Of a stretch of 53,869 bases of DNA, positions 1-9,400 are shown one piece after another; position 1 is the first letter of the stretch; each line of letters begins with the position of its first letter. The notes under the pieces are model-generated. The model was given only the letters and a program-made list of their open reading frames with translations. It searched no databases and was not told where the DNA came from. The position numbers and the translations under genes are program-made. Source of the stretch: Verrucomicrobiota bacterium (GTDB lineage: Bacteria; Verrucomicrobiota; Verrucomicrobiia; JABWAM01); contig JACQHZ010000387.1 in assembly GCA_016198745.1 (NCBI GenBank), forward strand, positions 1 to 53,869, in the 5' to 3' direction.

Positions 1-12
1 CCCTCTGGGTGG

Positions 13-98
13 CCAATTCCCCTCTGGAAAATTGGCGGGACGCCAATTTAAAGCACGCGGGACGCGTGCGCTCCCCATCCCTTTATCCCATTCCTATG
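13..98 (+). repeat. REP-like palindromic element (half copy), same family as 35496-35625
   Basis: ggaaaattggcgggacgccaatttaaagcacgcgggacgcgtgcgctccccatcc..tcccattcctatg is nearly identical to the reverse complement of 35496-35580. Confidence 0.85.
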
Positions 99-117
99 GA
101 ATGCTTGTGAATCCGTT

Positions 118-2793
118 TCATGAATCAGATTGGGCAAAATTGGGTGCGTTGATGAATTTCTGCAAGAAGTCGTTGAGTTCTTTGAACGCTGCCTCCGCAC
201 GCGCCATCGCGGGATCTGCTAGCAGCAATTGTTTTTCGTTTCCGATGTTTTCCAACTCGCGAAGCGGCGCGACCATGATGACCATTCCACACATGGCGCT
301 TGAGCCAGCCGCCTTGTGCGCCAGGTTCGCAATTCCCTTTGCATCCCCCGATTGAATTGCGGAACGAAGCTCTTTGAGAAGACCTTCCGTATGCCGCAGG
401 TAATGCTGAATCAGGCTTTTCATTCTCTCTTTGGTGCCGCCCGATGCTTCATTCAGAATTTCCATATCCACATGGGACGAAGGCGGAACTTGATTTTCAG
501 CAGTCGTCCCGCCTTCATTGCCGGCAAGAGTGTCCGGCAACCAGCGTTTCATTGCCTTTTGCAATTCCGCTTCCCTCACCGGTTTGCTCAAGTAGTCGTC
601 CATGCCCGCCGCCAGGCACTTTTCGCGGTCGCCCGACATCGCATGCGCCGTCAAGGCGATTATGGGCATATGCCTGGTTTTCCCTTCGCGGCGGCGAATT
701 TCCCGAGCCACATCGTAACCGCTCATTTCGGGCATCTGACAATCCATGAAGACCAGCGAATAGTTTTTTCCAGCAAGCATTTCAAGCGATTCCCTGCCAC
801 TGCTTGCTATTTCCAGCGTGCAACCTGTTTTTTGGATCTGAAGGGACAACACCTCCTGATTGATTTCATTGTCTTCAACCAGGAGAACGTGGGCTTGAAA
901 TCTCGCCGTCCCGGCACGGGATACGCCGCTTGCGGTTGCGCCCTGAGCGGAAAGGGATTCCTCCCGCTCTTTGAGAGGGGTGTTGATGGCAGTGACCAAG
1001 CAATCGAACAAACGCGATGACGTCACCGGCTTGATCAGCCATGCCGCGATCCGCAACCGCCGCACTTCTTCGGCATTCGCGCGTTGGCCAAAGGAGGAGA
1101 GAATCACCAAGCGCGTTGGGGCAATGAGCGGATCGGCGCGAATCACTCTTGCGAGATCAAGACCGCTCATCTCAGGCATTTGCACATCGAGAATGGCAAT
1201 ATCATAAGGATCGCGCGCGGCGGCTTCCCGTCGGAGAATTTCCAGGCCCTCCGCTGCGCTGGCCGCCGTCCCGTTGCGCATTCGCCAGGAGGTGATAAAG
1301 TGATGAACAATTTTTCGATTGGTGGCGTTGTCATCCACAACCAGCACGCGCAAACCGGTCAGTTTGCTCTCAACCGTTGAGATGGTTGCGGAATCCCTGG
1401 ACTGTTTCTCGAAGGAAATCATGAACGAAAACGTGGACCCCTTGCTGGGAGCGCTTTGAATTGCCATTTGGCCGCCCATCATTTCGATCAAGCTTCGCGA
1501 AATAGCCAGCCCCAAACCCGTACCGCCATGCTTGCGGGTTGTGGATGCGTCGCCTTGCATGAAAGGTTGGGAAAGGCGCTCCAACACTTCGGGAGCGATC
1601 CCCGGTCCTGTATCTTTCACCTCGAAACGAATCGTCGCACGGTCGGGAGCATCGGTTTCGGGCCGGATTTTCAAGATCACCTCGCCATTTTCGGTAAACT
1701 TGATTGCATTGTTCAACAAGTTGGTCAACACCTGTCGGATGCGGGTGGGATCGCCGCGCAGCGCGCGGGGCGTCTCGGGTTCCATCCATAAGAGCAATTC
1801 AATCTTTTTCTGCCTGGCCTGCTCGATGAAAAGCTCCACCGCGCCTTCCGCCACTGTATTCAGATTGAAGTCAACCTTTTCAAATTCCAACATGCCGGCC
1901 TCGATTTTCGAAAAATCAAGGATGTCGTTGATGACGGTCAGGAGCGTATCGCCGCTCGTTCGAATGACCTCCACGAAGTGTCGTTGTTCTGCTGTCAAAT
2001 GCGTGTCGGAAAGGAGACCGGTCATGCCGATCACTCCGTTCATGGGTGTGCGGATTTCGTGGCTCATGTTCGCAAGGAACTCCGACTTCAGTTTTGTGGA
2101 TTCCTGCGCGGCGTCATGGGCCTTGGCCAGTTCGATCTCCATTCGTTCGCGTTTGCCGATCTCGGTAAAAAAGAAACCGGCTGCAATCAACACAATGACA
2201 CACGCGATGGCGCTTCCTCCCACAATGGTCCATTCGGTTTTGCGCAACACGTCGTTGCTTGCAACAAATCGTTCTTTGAGCAGATGATTTTCCTCCGCCT
2301 CAATTTTATCAACGAGCGCACGGATATTCTCTCTCATTTTGGAGCCCATTCCGGTCGTGATCATGTCCAACGCCGCCGCCTGTCCTTTGGTCTTCTTGAT
2401 CTCAATGGTTCTTTTCACAAAGTCCGTTCGCTGATCTGTCAGTCGTTCGAGATCAAGCAGGCGCTGTCGTTGGGCAGGATCATCGCGAACGAGATTCTTA
2501 AGCTCCTTCAAGGCTTCATCACAAGCATTGTTGCCACGGTTGTACATCTCAACGTACATCTCATTACCGGTCAGCAAGAAGCTGCGTTGGCCGATCTCAA
2601 CGTTCACCATGTTGCGCATAAACTCCTTGGAGGCTCCAAGAACATCCTTGGCATGGTGCACCCATGTTTGACTGTCCTGAAAATCACGGATGCTTTGAAA
2701 AGATGCCGCAGTGACGATGAGCAACATGATCAGTCCGCTACTCCCTCCCACCCACGCAATGGCACGCAGTCTCTTTGTCCTTGTCGTGTTCAT
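118..2793 (-). CDS. Hybrid sensor histidine kinase (TM-CHASE3-TM-HisKA-HATPase-REC-REC-Hpt)
   Basis: CHASE3-like WVHH..EIGQRSFLLTG between two TM helices; H-box EFLANMSHEIRTPMNG; N/G boxes NLLNNAIKFT, DTGPGI, GGTGLGLAI; two receivers (VLVVDDN..DVQMP, VLLVEDN..DCQMP); Hpt AHKAAGSS. Confidence 0.95.
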   Translation of the reverse strand: MNTTRTKRLRAIAWVGGSSGLIMLLIVTAASFQSIRDFQDSQTWVHHAKDVLGASKEFMRNMVNVEIGQRSFLLTGNEMYVEMYNRGNNACDEALKELKNLVRDDPAQRQRLLDLERLTDQRTDFVKRTIEIKKTKGQAAALDMITTGMGSKMRENIRALVDKIEAEENHLLKERFVASNDVLRKTEWTIVGGSAIACVIVLIAAGFFFTEIGKRERMEIELAKAHDAAQESTKLKSEFLANMSHEIRTPMNGVIGMTGLLSDTHLTAEQRHFVEVIRTSGDTLLTVINDILDFSKIEAGMLEFEKVDFNLNTVAEGAVELFIEQARQKKIELLLWMEPETPRALRGDPTRIRQVLTNLLNNAIKFTENGEVILKIRPETDAPDRATIRFEVKDTGPGIAPEVLERLSQPFMQGDASTTRKHGGTGLGLAISRSLIEMMGGQMAIQSAPSKGSTFSFMISFEKQSRDSATISTVESKLTGLRVLVVDDNATNRKIVHHFITSWRMRNGTAASAAEGLEILRREAAARDPYDIAILDVQMPEMSGLDLARVIRADPLIAPTRLVILSSFGQRANAEEVRRLRIAAWLIKPVTSSRLFDCLVTAINTPLKEREESLSAQGATASGVSRAGTARFQAHVLLVEDNEINQEVLSLQIQKTGCTLEIASSGRESLEMLAGKNYSLVFMDCQMPEMSGYDVAREIRRREGKTRHMPIIALTAHAMSGDREKCLAAGMDDYLSKPVREAELQKAMKRWLPDTLAGNEGGTTAENQVPPSSHVDMEILNEASGGTKERMKSLIQHYLRHTEGLLKELRSAIQSGDAKGIANLAHKAAGSSAMCGMVIMVAPLRELENIGNEKQLLLADPAMARAEAAFKELNDFLQKFINAPNFAQSDS

Positions 2794-2829
2794 GATTTTT
2801 CTGGGAACGCCTCGAATACTCGATGCCGG

Positions 2830-3855
2830 CTACAGCGCAAACATCCGCCACGGATCGCGATCGGGGTGGGAGAAACAAAACCCGGCCTTGCTGCCGGACG
2901 AATAAAAGATCGCGGCGAATTCGGTCTCGTACTTGAGCGGGTCGCTGTCGCCGTAACGGCTGACGGCTCCGGGCGGATCGGTGTGCGCGAGCGTCTGACG
3001 CAGCAAGGCAACGGTTGGCTCGCGCCCGCGCGTGAGACGCTCCATGGCGGCAAAGCGGTCGGTGGACTCGGCGAGCACGGGCGGGTTGTTGATGCGATAA
3101 GCAGACATTTCGGTGGTGCATGAAAAATTGGCGCAGAAGATCGGTTCGCCCTTGCTCCAACGCACGCCTTGCACGCTGCCCGCTTTTTCCACAATCGCCG
3201 CCGCACCCGCGCGGTCCACGAGGGGAATGTTCGCGCCCCATCGCGGCACGGTGAGAGTCTGCAACAACGCGACCGCCTCCCGGACGGTCGCGGCGCGGGA
3301 GAGCGCATGACGATTCACGACGTGCGGCGACAGGGCCTCCGCCGGCGCGGGCACATCCGCCGCGCAACTCGATCCGCCGATGGCCAGCCCTGCTTCATTG
3401 ACGCCGCCGCCGCACCAAACCGTGCCGGGAAAAGATGAACCAAGGAACGCCATGCCGCCTGCAGGTCGGAAGACGCGTACGCCCGAATGATGTCCCTCGT
3501 GGACGGGCAGGTCATTCGTCTTGGCAAGCAGCGGCCCGTCGGGCGTGCGCGGAAAGATGATGTTGGTGCAACCCTCCTTCGGCTCGCGCAGCACAGCGTA
3601 GAAGTTCATCAGGTAAATCCAGCGAAACGGGACGCCCGATCCGTCGGCGATGCCCTGGACCTCCTCAATCAATTCGGGGCAGTGTCGTTCCGTGCAACGG
3701 AGGTGTTGTTCGCGGGCGCGTTGGAACTTCGCTTCGTCCCAGTGGCGGAATCCCTTCGTCAGATAATCGAGCATCGAGCCGATCTGCAGCGCCGTGGCCC
3801 GTCCGAACTGGACGCCCATTTCATAGTGCGAACCGCTGGTTTCAACGTAAAACAT
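2830..3855 (-). CDS. C45 family Ntn-hydrolase (acyl-CoA:6-APA acyltransferase-like peptidase)
   Basis: GSHYEMGVQFG, EEVQGIADG, G-C-T autoproteolytic nucleophile (EGCTNII), GVNEAGLAIG; ATG at 3855 preceded by AAGGAG. Confidence 0.9.
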   Translation of the reverse strand: MFYVETSGSHYEMGVQFGRATALQIGSMLDYLTKGFRHWDEAKFQRAREQHLRCTERHCPELIEEVQGIADGSGVPFRWIYLMNFYAVLREPKEGCTNIIFPRTPDGPLLAKTNDLPVHEGHHSGVRVFRPAGGMAFLGSSFPGTVWCGGGVNEAGLAIGGSSCAADVPAPAEALSPHVVNRHALSRAATVREAVALLQTLTVPRWGANIPLVDRAGAAAIVEKAGSVQGVRWSKGEPIFCANFSCTTEMSAYRINNPPVLAESTDRFAAMERLTRGREPTVALLRQTLAHTDPPGAVSRYGDSDPLKYETEFAAIFYSSGSKAGFCFSHPDRDPWRMFAL

Positions 3856-3869
3856 GGTTTTCTCCTTTA

Positions 3870-3953
3870 ATCCGTCTCGAACCAAAACGCCAGCACCGCG
3901 GTATCATGGCTGATCTGCACTTGAATCCTGGCCTCGCGCGAGTTGTTTTGGAA
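3870..3953 (-). pseudogene. Duplicated 3' end of the GH42-like gene (14844-16910)
   Basis: 84 bp with 7 mismatches to 14853-14936; translates FQNNSREARIQVQISHDTAVLAFWFETD* versus FQNNSSEARIQVQIGHDTAALAFWFEMDMV*. Confidence 0.9.
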
Positions 3954-3954
3954 C

Positions 3955-4050
3955 GTGCTCCACGGCAATGTGGCGTCCATCAGCCAGATGAAAGATAAAA
4001 GGCCGAAACGGCTGTGCGACATATAAATTGTGAACCTCTTGAATGGTCAT
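3955..4050 (-). pseudogene. Truncated small hypothetical protein (QPFRPF..HLADGR family)
   Basis: MTIQEVHNLYVAQPFRPFIFHLADGRHIAVEH resembles the N-terminus of a small PVC protein family; cut exactly where the duplicated segment begins. Confidence 0.55.
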
Positions 4051-4188
4051 TCCGGGAAACTTACCGTCCGATTGGAAATTTGGCAAGTCCTGAGCCTGTC
4101 GAAGCGGCCTTGAGAGATCGAGCCGAACCAACCTCTGCAGGCGACGCTTTGCCGCGCTACCTGCGTCGTTCTTTTTTCCTATCAGAAG

Positions 4189-4208
4189 TTGTAATCCAGA
4201 TTGACAAC
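4189..4208 (+). promoter_or_regulatory. Putative GntR operator overlapping a TTGACA -35 element
   Basis: TTGTAA-tccag-ATTGACAAC near-palindrome; the same motif recurs at 5327-5346. Confidence 0.55.
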
Positions 4209-4243
4209 CTGGGGCGGAAGCCGCATCCTCGAGTTTCCATCGC

Positions 4244-5332
4244 ATGGACATTCCGCAACGCTCATCCCTGGTCCCTCAACTGGTGGAAATCCTCCGTCGT
4301 GCTCTGCGGGCCGGCAAGTGGACGGAACAGCTCCCGGGCGAGCACAACCTGTGCAATCAACTGCAGGTCAGTCGCCCGATCCTTCGCAAAGCCCTGGCGA
4401 TCCTCGCCCAGGAGAGGCATCTTCGCGCCGAACATGGCTCCGGCTGGAAAATCCTCACGGTTCCGCGCTTGCGCGGCGAACCGGTCAGCCCCCCCCGCAT
4501 CATCATCCTCTGCTTTGTGCCGCCTGATGAGATCTCCCACTTCAACCTTTTCGTCCTGGATCGCCTTCAGGACCGCCTGCATCAGGCGGGCTGCCAGGTC
4601 GAAATTCATGCCGGCTCCCAGTACGCCTCACAGAACCATCGCCGTTCCCTGCAGAAATTGCTGAACGAAGCGCGCGCAAGCCACTGGCTTCTTGTCGGTC
4701 CACCCCTGGAAGTTCAACAGTGGTTCCTCGATCGCAAACTTCTGGTCTTCATCACCCTCACTTCCTATCAGAGCATATCTCTGCCGTCCCTCCGCATGAA
4801 CGAACACGCCATTTACCACCACGCCGTGGGCATGCTCGTGGCAAAAGGGCATCGGCGAATCGCGTGGCTGGCCCCCCGACGGCTGAGCGAAGGCAAGGAG
4901 GACCTCACCCGGGGATTCTGGGAAGGAGTCGAACTTTTCCGAAAAAAGCCGGGCATTTCCGCCCGCGTCACCTTGCATTCCGGCACGGTTGCCAGCATCC
5001 GAGCAAGTCTGGATTCCCTCTTCAAATCTCCATCTCCCCCAACCGGCCTTCTCGTCTCCCGCCCGAACCACGTCATGGCAGCCGTCACCCACCTGATCTA
5101 TCGCGACATCCGCGTTCCCCGGGACGTCTCGGTTGTATGCATCGGGTATGAACCCTTTCTTGAAAACATGACACCCTCCATCGCGCACTACGCCATTGAT
5201 CGCCAGGCCTACGCGCGCAAGCTTTGCCGCATGGTTCTCCAATGGGTGGCGACGGGGCGCGGGTCCTTGGAGGGGGGGAGCGTAACGGCTCATTTTCACG
5301 AGGGAGAGAGCCTGGGACGGCGAAATTTGTAA
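4244..5332 (+). CDS. Transcriptional regulator, GntR wHTH fused to LacI-type sugar-binding domain
   Basis: LPGEHNLCNQLQVSRPILRKAL HTH; C-terminal GHRRIAWL..PTGLLV..RVPRDVSVVCI. Confidence 0.9.
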   Translation: MDIPQRSSLVPQLVEILRRALRAGKWTEQLPGEHNLCNQLQVSRPILRKALAILAQERHLRAEHGSGWKILTVPRLRGEPVSPPRIIILCFVPPDEISHFNLFVLDRLQDRLHQAGCQVEIHAGSQYASQNHRRSLQKLLNEARASHWLLVGPPLEVQQWFLDRKLLVFITLTSYQSISLPSLRMNEHAIYHHAVGMLVAKGHRRIAWLAPRRLSEGKEDLTRGFWEGVELFRKKPGISARVTLHSGTVASIRASLDSLFKSPSPPTGLLVSRPNHVMAAVTHLIYRDIRVPRDVSVVCIGYEPFLENMTPSIAHYAIDRQAYARKLCRMVLQWVATGRGSLEGGSVTAHFHEGESLGRRNL

Positions 5333-5346
5333 AGTCAATTGACAAC
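5327..5346 (+). promoter_or_regulatory. Second putative GntR operator/-35 upstream of prepilin operon
   Basis: TTGTAA-agtca-ATTGACAAC, same spacing as 4189-4208. Confidence 0.55.
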
Positions 5347-5420
5347 TGGTATTCCCTTTCCTTCAACGTCTTGTGATGCGAAATTACGAAGGCGGAAGGA
5401 ATCAAGGTGGAAAGAGGCAT

Positions 5421-5520
5421 GGTTCAAAGTTCAACGGTTCAGCGGTTCATCCCACCAAGGCGGGAAACTCAGGCTGAAAACTGCCAACCGTTGAACCGTG
5501 AACTTGGAACCGTTGAACCA
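5421..5520. repeat. Inverted 7-8-mer tandem arrays (GGTTCAA / TTGAACC) enclosing a short palindrome
   Basis: ggttcaa agttcaa cggttcag cggttca ... aaccgttg aaccgtg aacttgg aaccgttg aacc. Confidence 0.8.
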
Positions 5521-5536
5521 TGTCGAAAGACATCGC

Positions 5537-6310
5537 ATGCAAACCTCAGGCATCCAGAATCGTCAGGGTTTTACCCTTATCGAACTATTGGTCGTGGTGG
5601 CCATCATCAGCATCTTGGCCGCTCTGTTGTTGCCGGGACTCAAGAACGCCCGCGAACAGGCGCGTTCGATCAAATGTCTTGCCAATCTAAAGCAGATGGG
5701 GACGGCCGCCTTCCTGTACGCCGATGACAACAATGGCAAAACCATCGGGTTGGGAGGCGTCTGGTGGACCGCAGGACAGGACGGCGTGATCGTCGCGCCT
5801 GGTTCCAGACCGGCAAAATGGCTGGACCTTCTCTTTCCTTACGTCGGCAACAAGATCGAAGTCATGGAATGTCCGTCTTCGCAGGTTCTCCGCAGCACCC
5901 AGATGCCTGGCTATCCTCCCCGCAAATACGCAGTGGGCTATCTGATGAATATCCAAGCAGGAGGATATCCCGGCGGAAACGGTTACCCTCTCACCGTCAT
6001 CAATCGTCCGGAAGAGAAAGTCTGGTTTGCGGATAGTGCGTGGGGAGGAGTGGGGCAAGCGACAACCCTCTACGGTCCCTGGCAGGACGCTTGGGCGCCG
6101 GTTTCCTGCTTCTGGGAAGGGAACGCAAGCCAGATTCGACCCATCTCCAAGCGTCACCGTGGCGGAAGCAATCTGCTATTCTTCGACGGGCATGCGGCCT
6201 GGATGCTCTATTCCCAGGTGATGCCGATAGGCAATCAGTGGGACCCGCTTTATAACAAGCATTGGGATCCGGATGAAGACTACAACATCGAGACTCCCGC
6301 CAGCCCGTAG
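5537..6310 (+). CDS. Prepilin-type N-terminal cleavage/methylation protein with H-X9-DG domain (DUF1559-like)
   Basis: QG|[46 protein letters not shown]. Confidence 0.93.
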   Translation: MQTSGIQNRQGFTLIELLVVVAIISILAALLLPGLKNAREQARSIKCLANLKQMGTAAFLYADDNNGKTIGLGGVWWTAGQDGVIVAPGSRPAKWLDLLFPYVGNKIEVMECPSSQVLRSTQMPGYPPRKYAVGYLMNIQAGGYPGGNGYPLTVINRPEEKVWFADSAWGGVGQATTLYGPWQDAWAPVSCFWEGNASQIRPISKRHRGGSNLLFFDGHAAWMLYSQVMPIGNQWDPLYNKHWDPDEDYNIETPASP

Positions 6311-6389
6311 CTTGAATCGGTTGGCGCTCATCGCGTCTTTCGCATCGCTCCGATCACTTCTTCAATTGGATTAATTTCCGCCCTTTTTT

Positions 6390-6418
6390 GCGAGTCGCCC
6401 GGATGGAGGGCGACTTGC
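6390..6418 (+). other. Intergenic stem-loop after prepilin gene
   Basis: gcgagtcgccc-ggatgga-gggcgacttgc, 11-bp stem; no downstream U-tract. Confidence 0.5.
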
Positions 6419-6457
6419 GGCGGCGTTCTCCGAATCAGCGTGAATCACTCTTTTTCC

Positions 6458-9400
6458 ATGAACATCGGTTTGACCCATGCGATGATCGCGTTCCTGATCA
6501 CGGTCGCGGGTTGGTCAACAGCGATGGGAGCGTCCCAACCCCTGCTCCAGGAGCAGTCGTTCCTGCAACCCACCATGTCCGAGAGCGGACTGGCGCTTTG
6601 GGATGCCGCCAGCCGTGTCGAGGTGTTCGCCGACCGGCAGGTGTACTTTGCCGATGACGTGGACGGACAATTCCTTGTCGCCTTTCTCGGCAAAGTCAAA
6701 ACCGAGGACGCGGACAATCGGACCATTCAACTGGAATTGAAGGACGCAAAGTCCGGAAAGCCGCTCGAAACCAAGAGGGTGACTCCGGTGCTTGGACCGA
6801 AGCTGCCTGTGATTATCCCGACCATGGAGTTGAAGCCCGGTCAGTATGAATTGACCGCGACGCTCAAAGACGAGCTTGGCAACATCGTTGCACAGGCTTC
6901 GAGAAAGTTCGAGCGATCCACGCAAACAGTAAAAGGATCGAAGTTCCCGTCGAAAGGCATTCCGATCTTCGCCCACGCGCAGTCGCATGTTCCCGATGGC
7001 GAATGGCCGATTACAACAGGCGTGCCGATGCCGAAGGGGGCGCTCAAAAATATCGATGGCCTCGCGTTGCTTGAAAACGGCAATCCCGTGCCGTCGCAGT
7101 TCATCGTGCGCGCCACATGGTCGCCGAATGGTTGGGTCAAATGGGTGGGCGTTGATTTCATTGCGCGCTACGACAAGGGCAATCGCCCTTCCCATGGCGA
7201 TTCTGCCCTCAAACCGCGCGAGTATCGGCTGGTGAAAACCGTTGCTGCAGACGCCGCCAAGGGCGTGATAAATCACGCCCCTACGATTTTGGTCGGGGAA
7301 AGTCCGGACAAGATTGTCGTCAACACGGGCGTCATTCGGTTCGAGATCAACCCCAAACAATTCGCAGGCATCGAGAAGGCATGGATCGGCAACGATCTGA
7401 TCGTTGACGGTCTCGGCGGTTCCTTCGTGGTGGACGACAAGGGCAATCGCTTCGATTCAGCCTACAGCAAGGAGGCGCATGTGGTCGTGGAGGAAAACGG
7501 ACCTGTTCAGACCACCATCGCGGCAAAGGGTTGGTACTGCCTGCCCCGCCCTGGCGGTGGCAACGAAGCGGGCGAGCCGCTTTGCAAGTTCGTGATTCGA
7601 TTCAAGGCTTACGCGGGACAACCCTTCGTCAGCGTCTCGCACTTCACGATCAACACGATCCCCGACCAGTATGTGACCACAAAACTTGCCGATGTCGGTT
7701 TCGAGGTGGTTCCCAGCGGACGCGTTGACAAGTGGCACTTTGGTTTTGACGGGAAAAGCCAGGAGGGCGCCGCCGTCAGCAAACCCACTTCGATCTTTCT
7801 GCATCAGGATCGCGGCGACCATTTTCGGTTGATGGCCGACGACACGAAGCTCGCGGAGGGCAAACGCTCGGACGGTTGGATGACAGCGCAAGCAACCAAC
7901 GGCTCGATCACCTACTTCCTGCGCGACGTTTACCAGAAGTTTCCGAAGGAACTGGAACTCGATCTCTCACCCGACGCGGGACGCTCGAAGCTGGTGGCGC
8001 ATTTCTGGCCCAAGCACGGGCATAAGGCGTTTACCGAAGAGGAAGAACTCGCGCGCGATCAGATCTATAAAGTCCGCTACGCGCATCAAGGCAAGCTGCT
8101 GAACTTTCTGATTCCCGACAACTATCACAAGCGACTGGAACAATTCAACAGGGAGGAACCTTGGGCGGGCGACCATGAATTGATGATCGTGGATGCGGCG
8201 AAAAACCTTTCGCAGATGCAGGCTGCCTCCGGGCAGGGAACCGTCATCAGCAGCGATCTCATCATCCGCTTTGACGCCAAACCACGGGCGTCGGACGCGT
8301 TGCGCGCGCAGGCGGGTCTCATTCAACAATCACCGCATGCGTTGCCGGACCCGAAGTGGAGTTGTGCCACCGATGTTTTGGGGCCGGTCGCTCCGCGTGA
8401 TCCTGAGAAATTCGGTTCCGCGGAAAAGTTGTTGGATACGGCTTACTCGTTCTACCGCCGCGCCATCATCGAGGCAGGCGACGAATACGGCTTATGGATT
8501 TACGGCGGCGTGCATAGCAGTTGGGAGTCGAACAAAAACCAGGCCCAACTCACGCGCGTCTGGCAATCAAGCCATTATCAAAACGTCTTTCAAGCCTGGC
8601 TGCTCTATTTCCGCAGCGGGTTGCCGGAGCATTTCGAGTGGGCGCGGATGCATTCCAGCCAGTATCTTGACGTTGGCGTGTGCAACTATCTCGCCTACCC
8701 GAAAGGTGCGCACAGCTACTCGCACATCGGCGACATCGGCGGCGGCATCAACCATTGCAAAGGTTTCATGCCGTGGACAGGCCGCTCGGGCGTCTGGGGT
8801 CACTGGATTGATATTGAAAATTACTTTATCCGCTACTATCTGACGGGCGACCGCCGCGGTCTCGACATGGCGGAGACATGGATTCAGAACCACTACAAGA
8901 TGCGATCGTCGAATGCATTGAACCTGCCCACGTCGGGCGACGGCTACCAGGACCCGAAGAAGCTCGCTGAGATCAGCGTCTATCTCAAGGCGCATCCCGA
9001 TTTGAAGAAAGAACAGTATCCACCGTGGATCCGTGACGAACAGGCCAAGCCGCCACAATTCAACCCGCGCGAGGTGTTTGTCCCGCTTGGCGAGATGACG
9101 CAGTATTACCAGGCCACGTGGAATCCGCAGGCGCTGATATATCTCAACGATCTGGCGGAATATCTCAACCCGCCATTCGAGCGCACGAACAGCCCCAGCC
9201 TGTCCGCGTTCGGCAAACACTGGCAGGATTGGTATTATGACCTCACGCGTGACCCGCGCGTGATCAACCGTATCAAGGAACACCTTGAATCCGAGCGCCG
9301 CAAGAATCGGCACCGGGGTTACGACAGCTTCGCTGCGTTCCTGTACCACACCACCGGCGACACGACGTTTCTCAAGGCCGCCATTTCGGGTGTCTATAGC

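Noticed and set aside
118-2793. Hybrid kinase as part of the glycan operon
   Set aside because: It is co-oriented and close to C45, but its domain architecture is ordinary and nothing in the sequence links it functionally.
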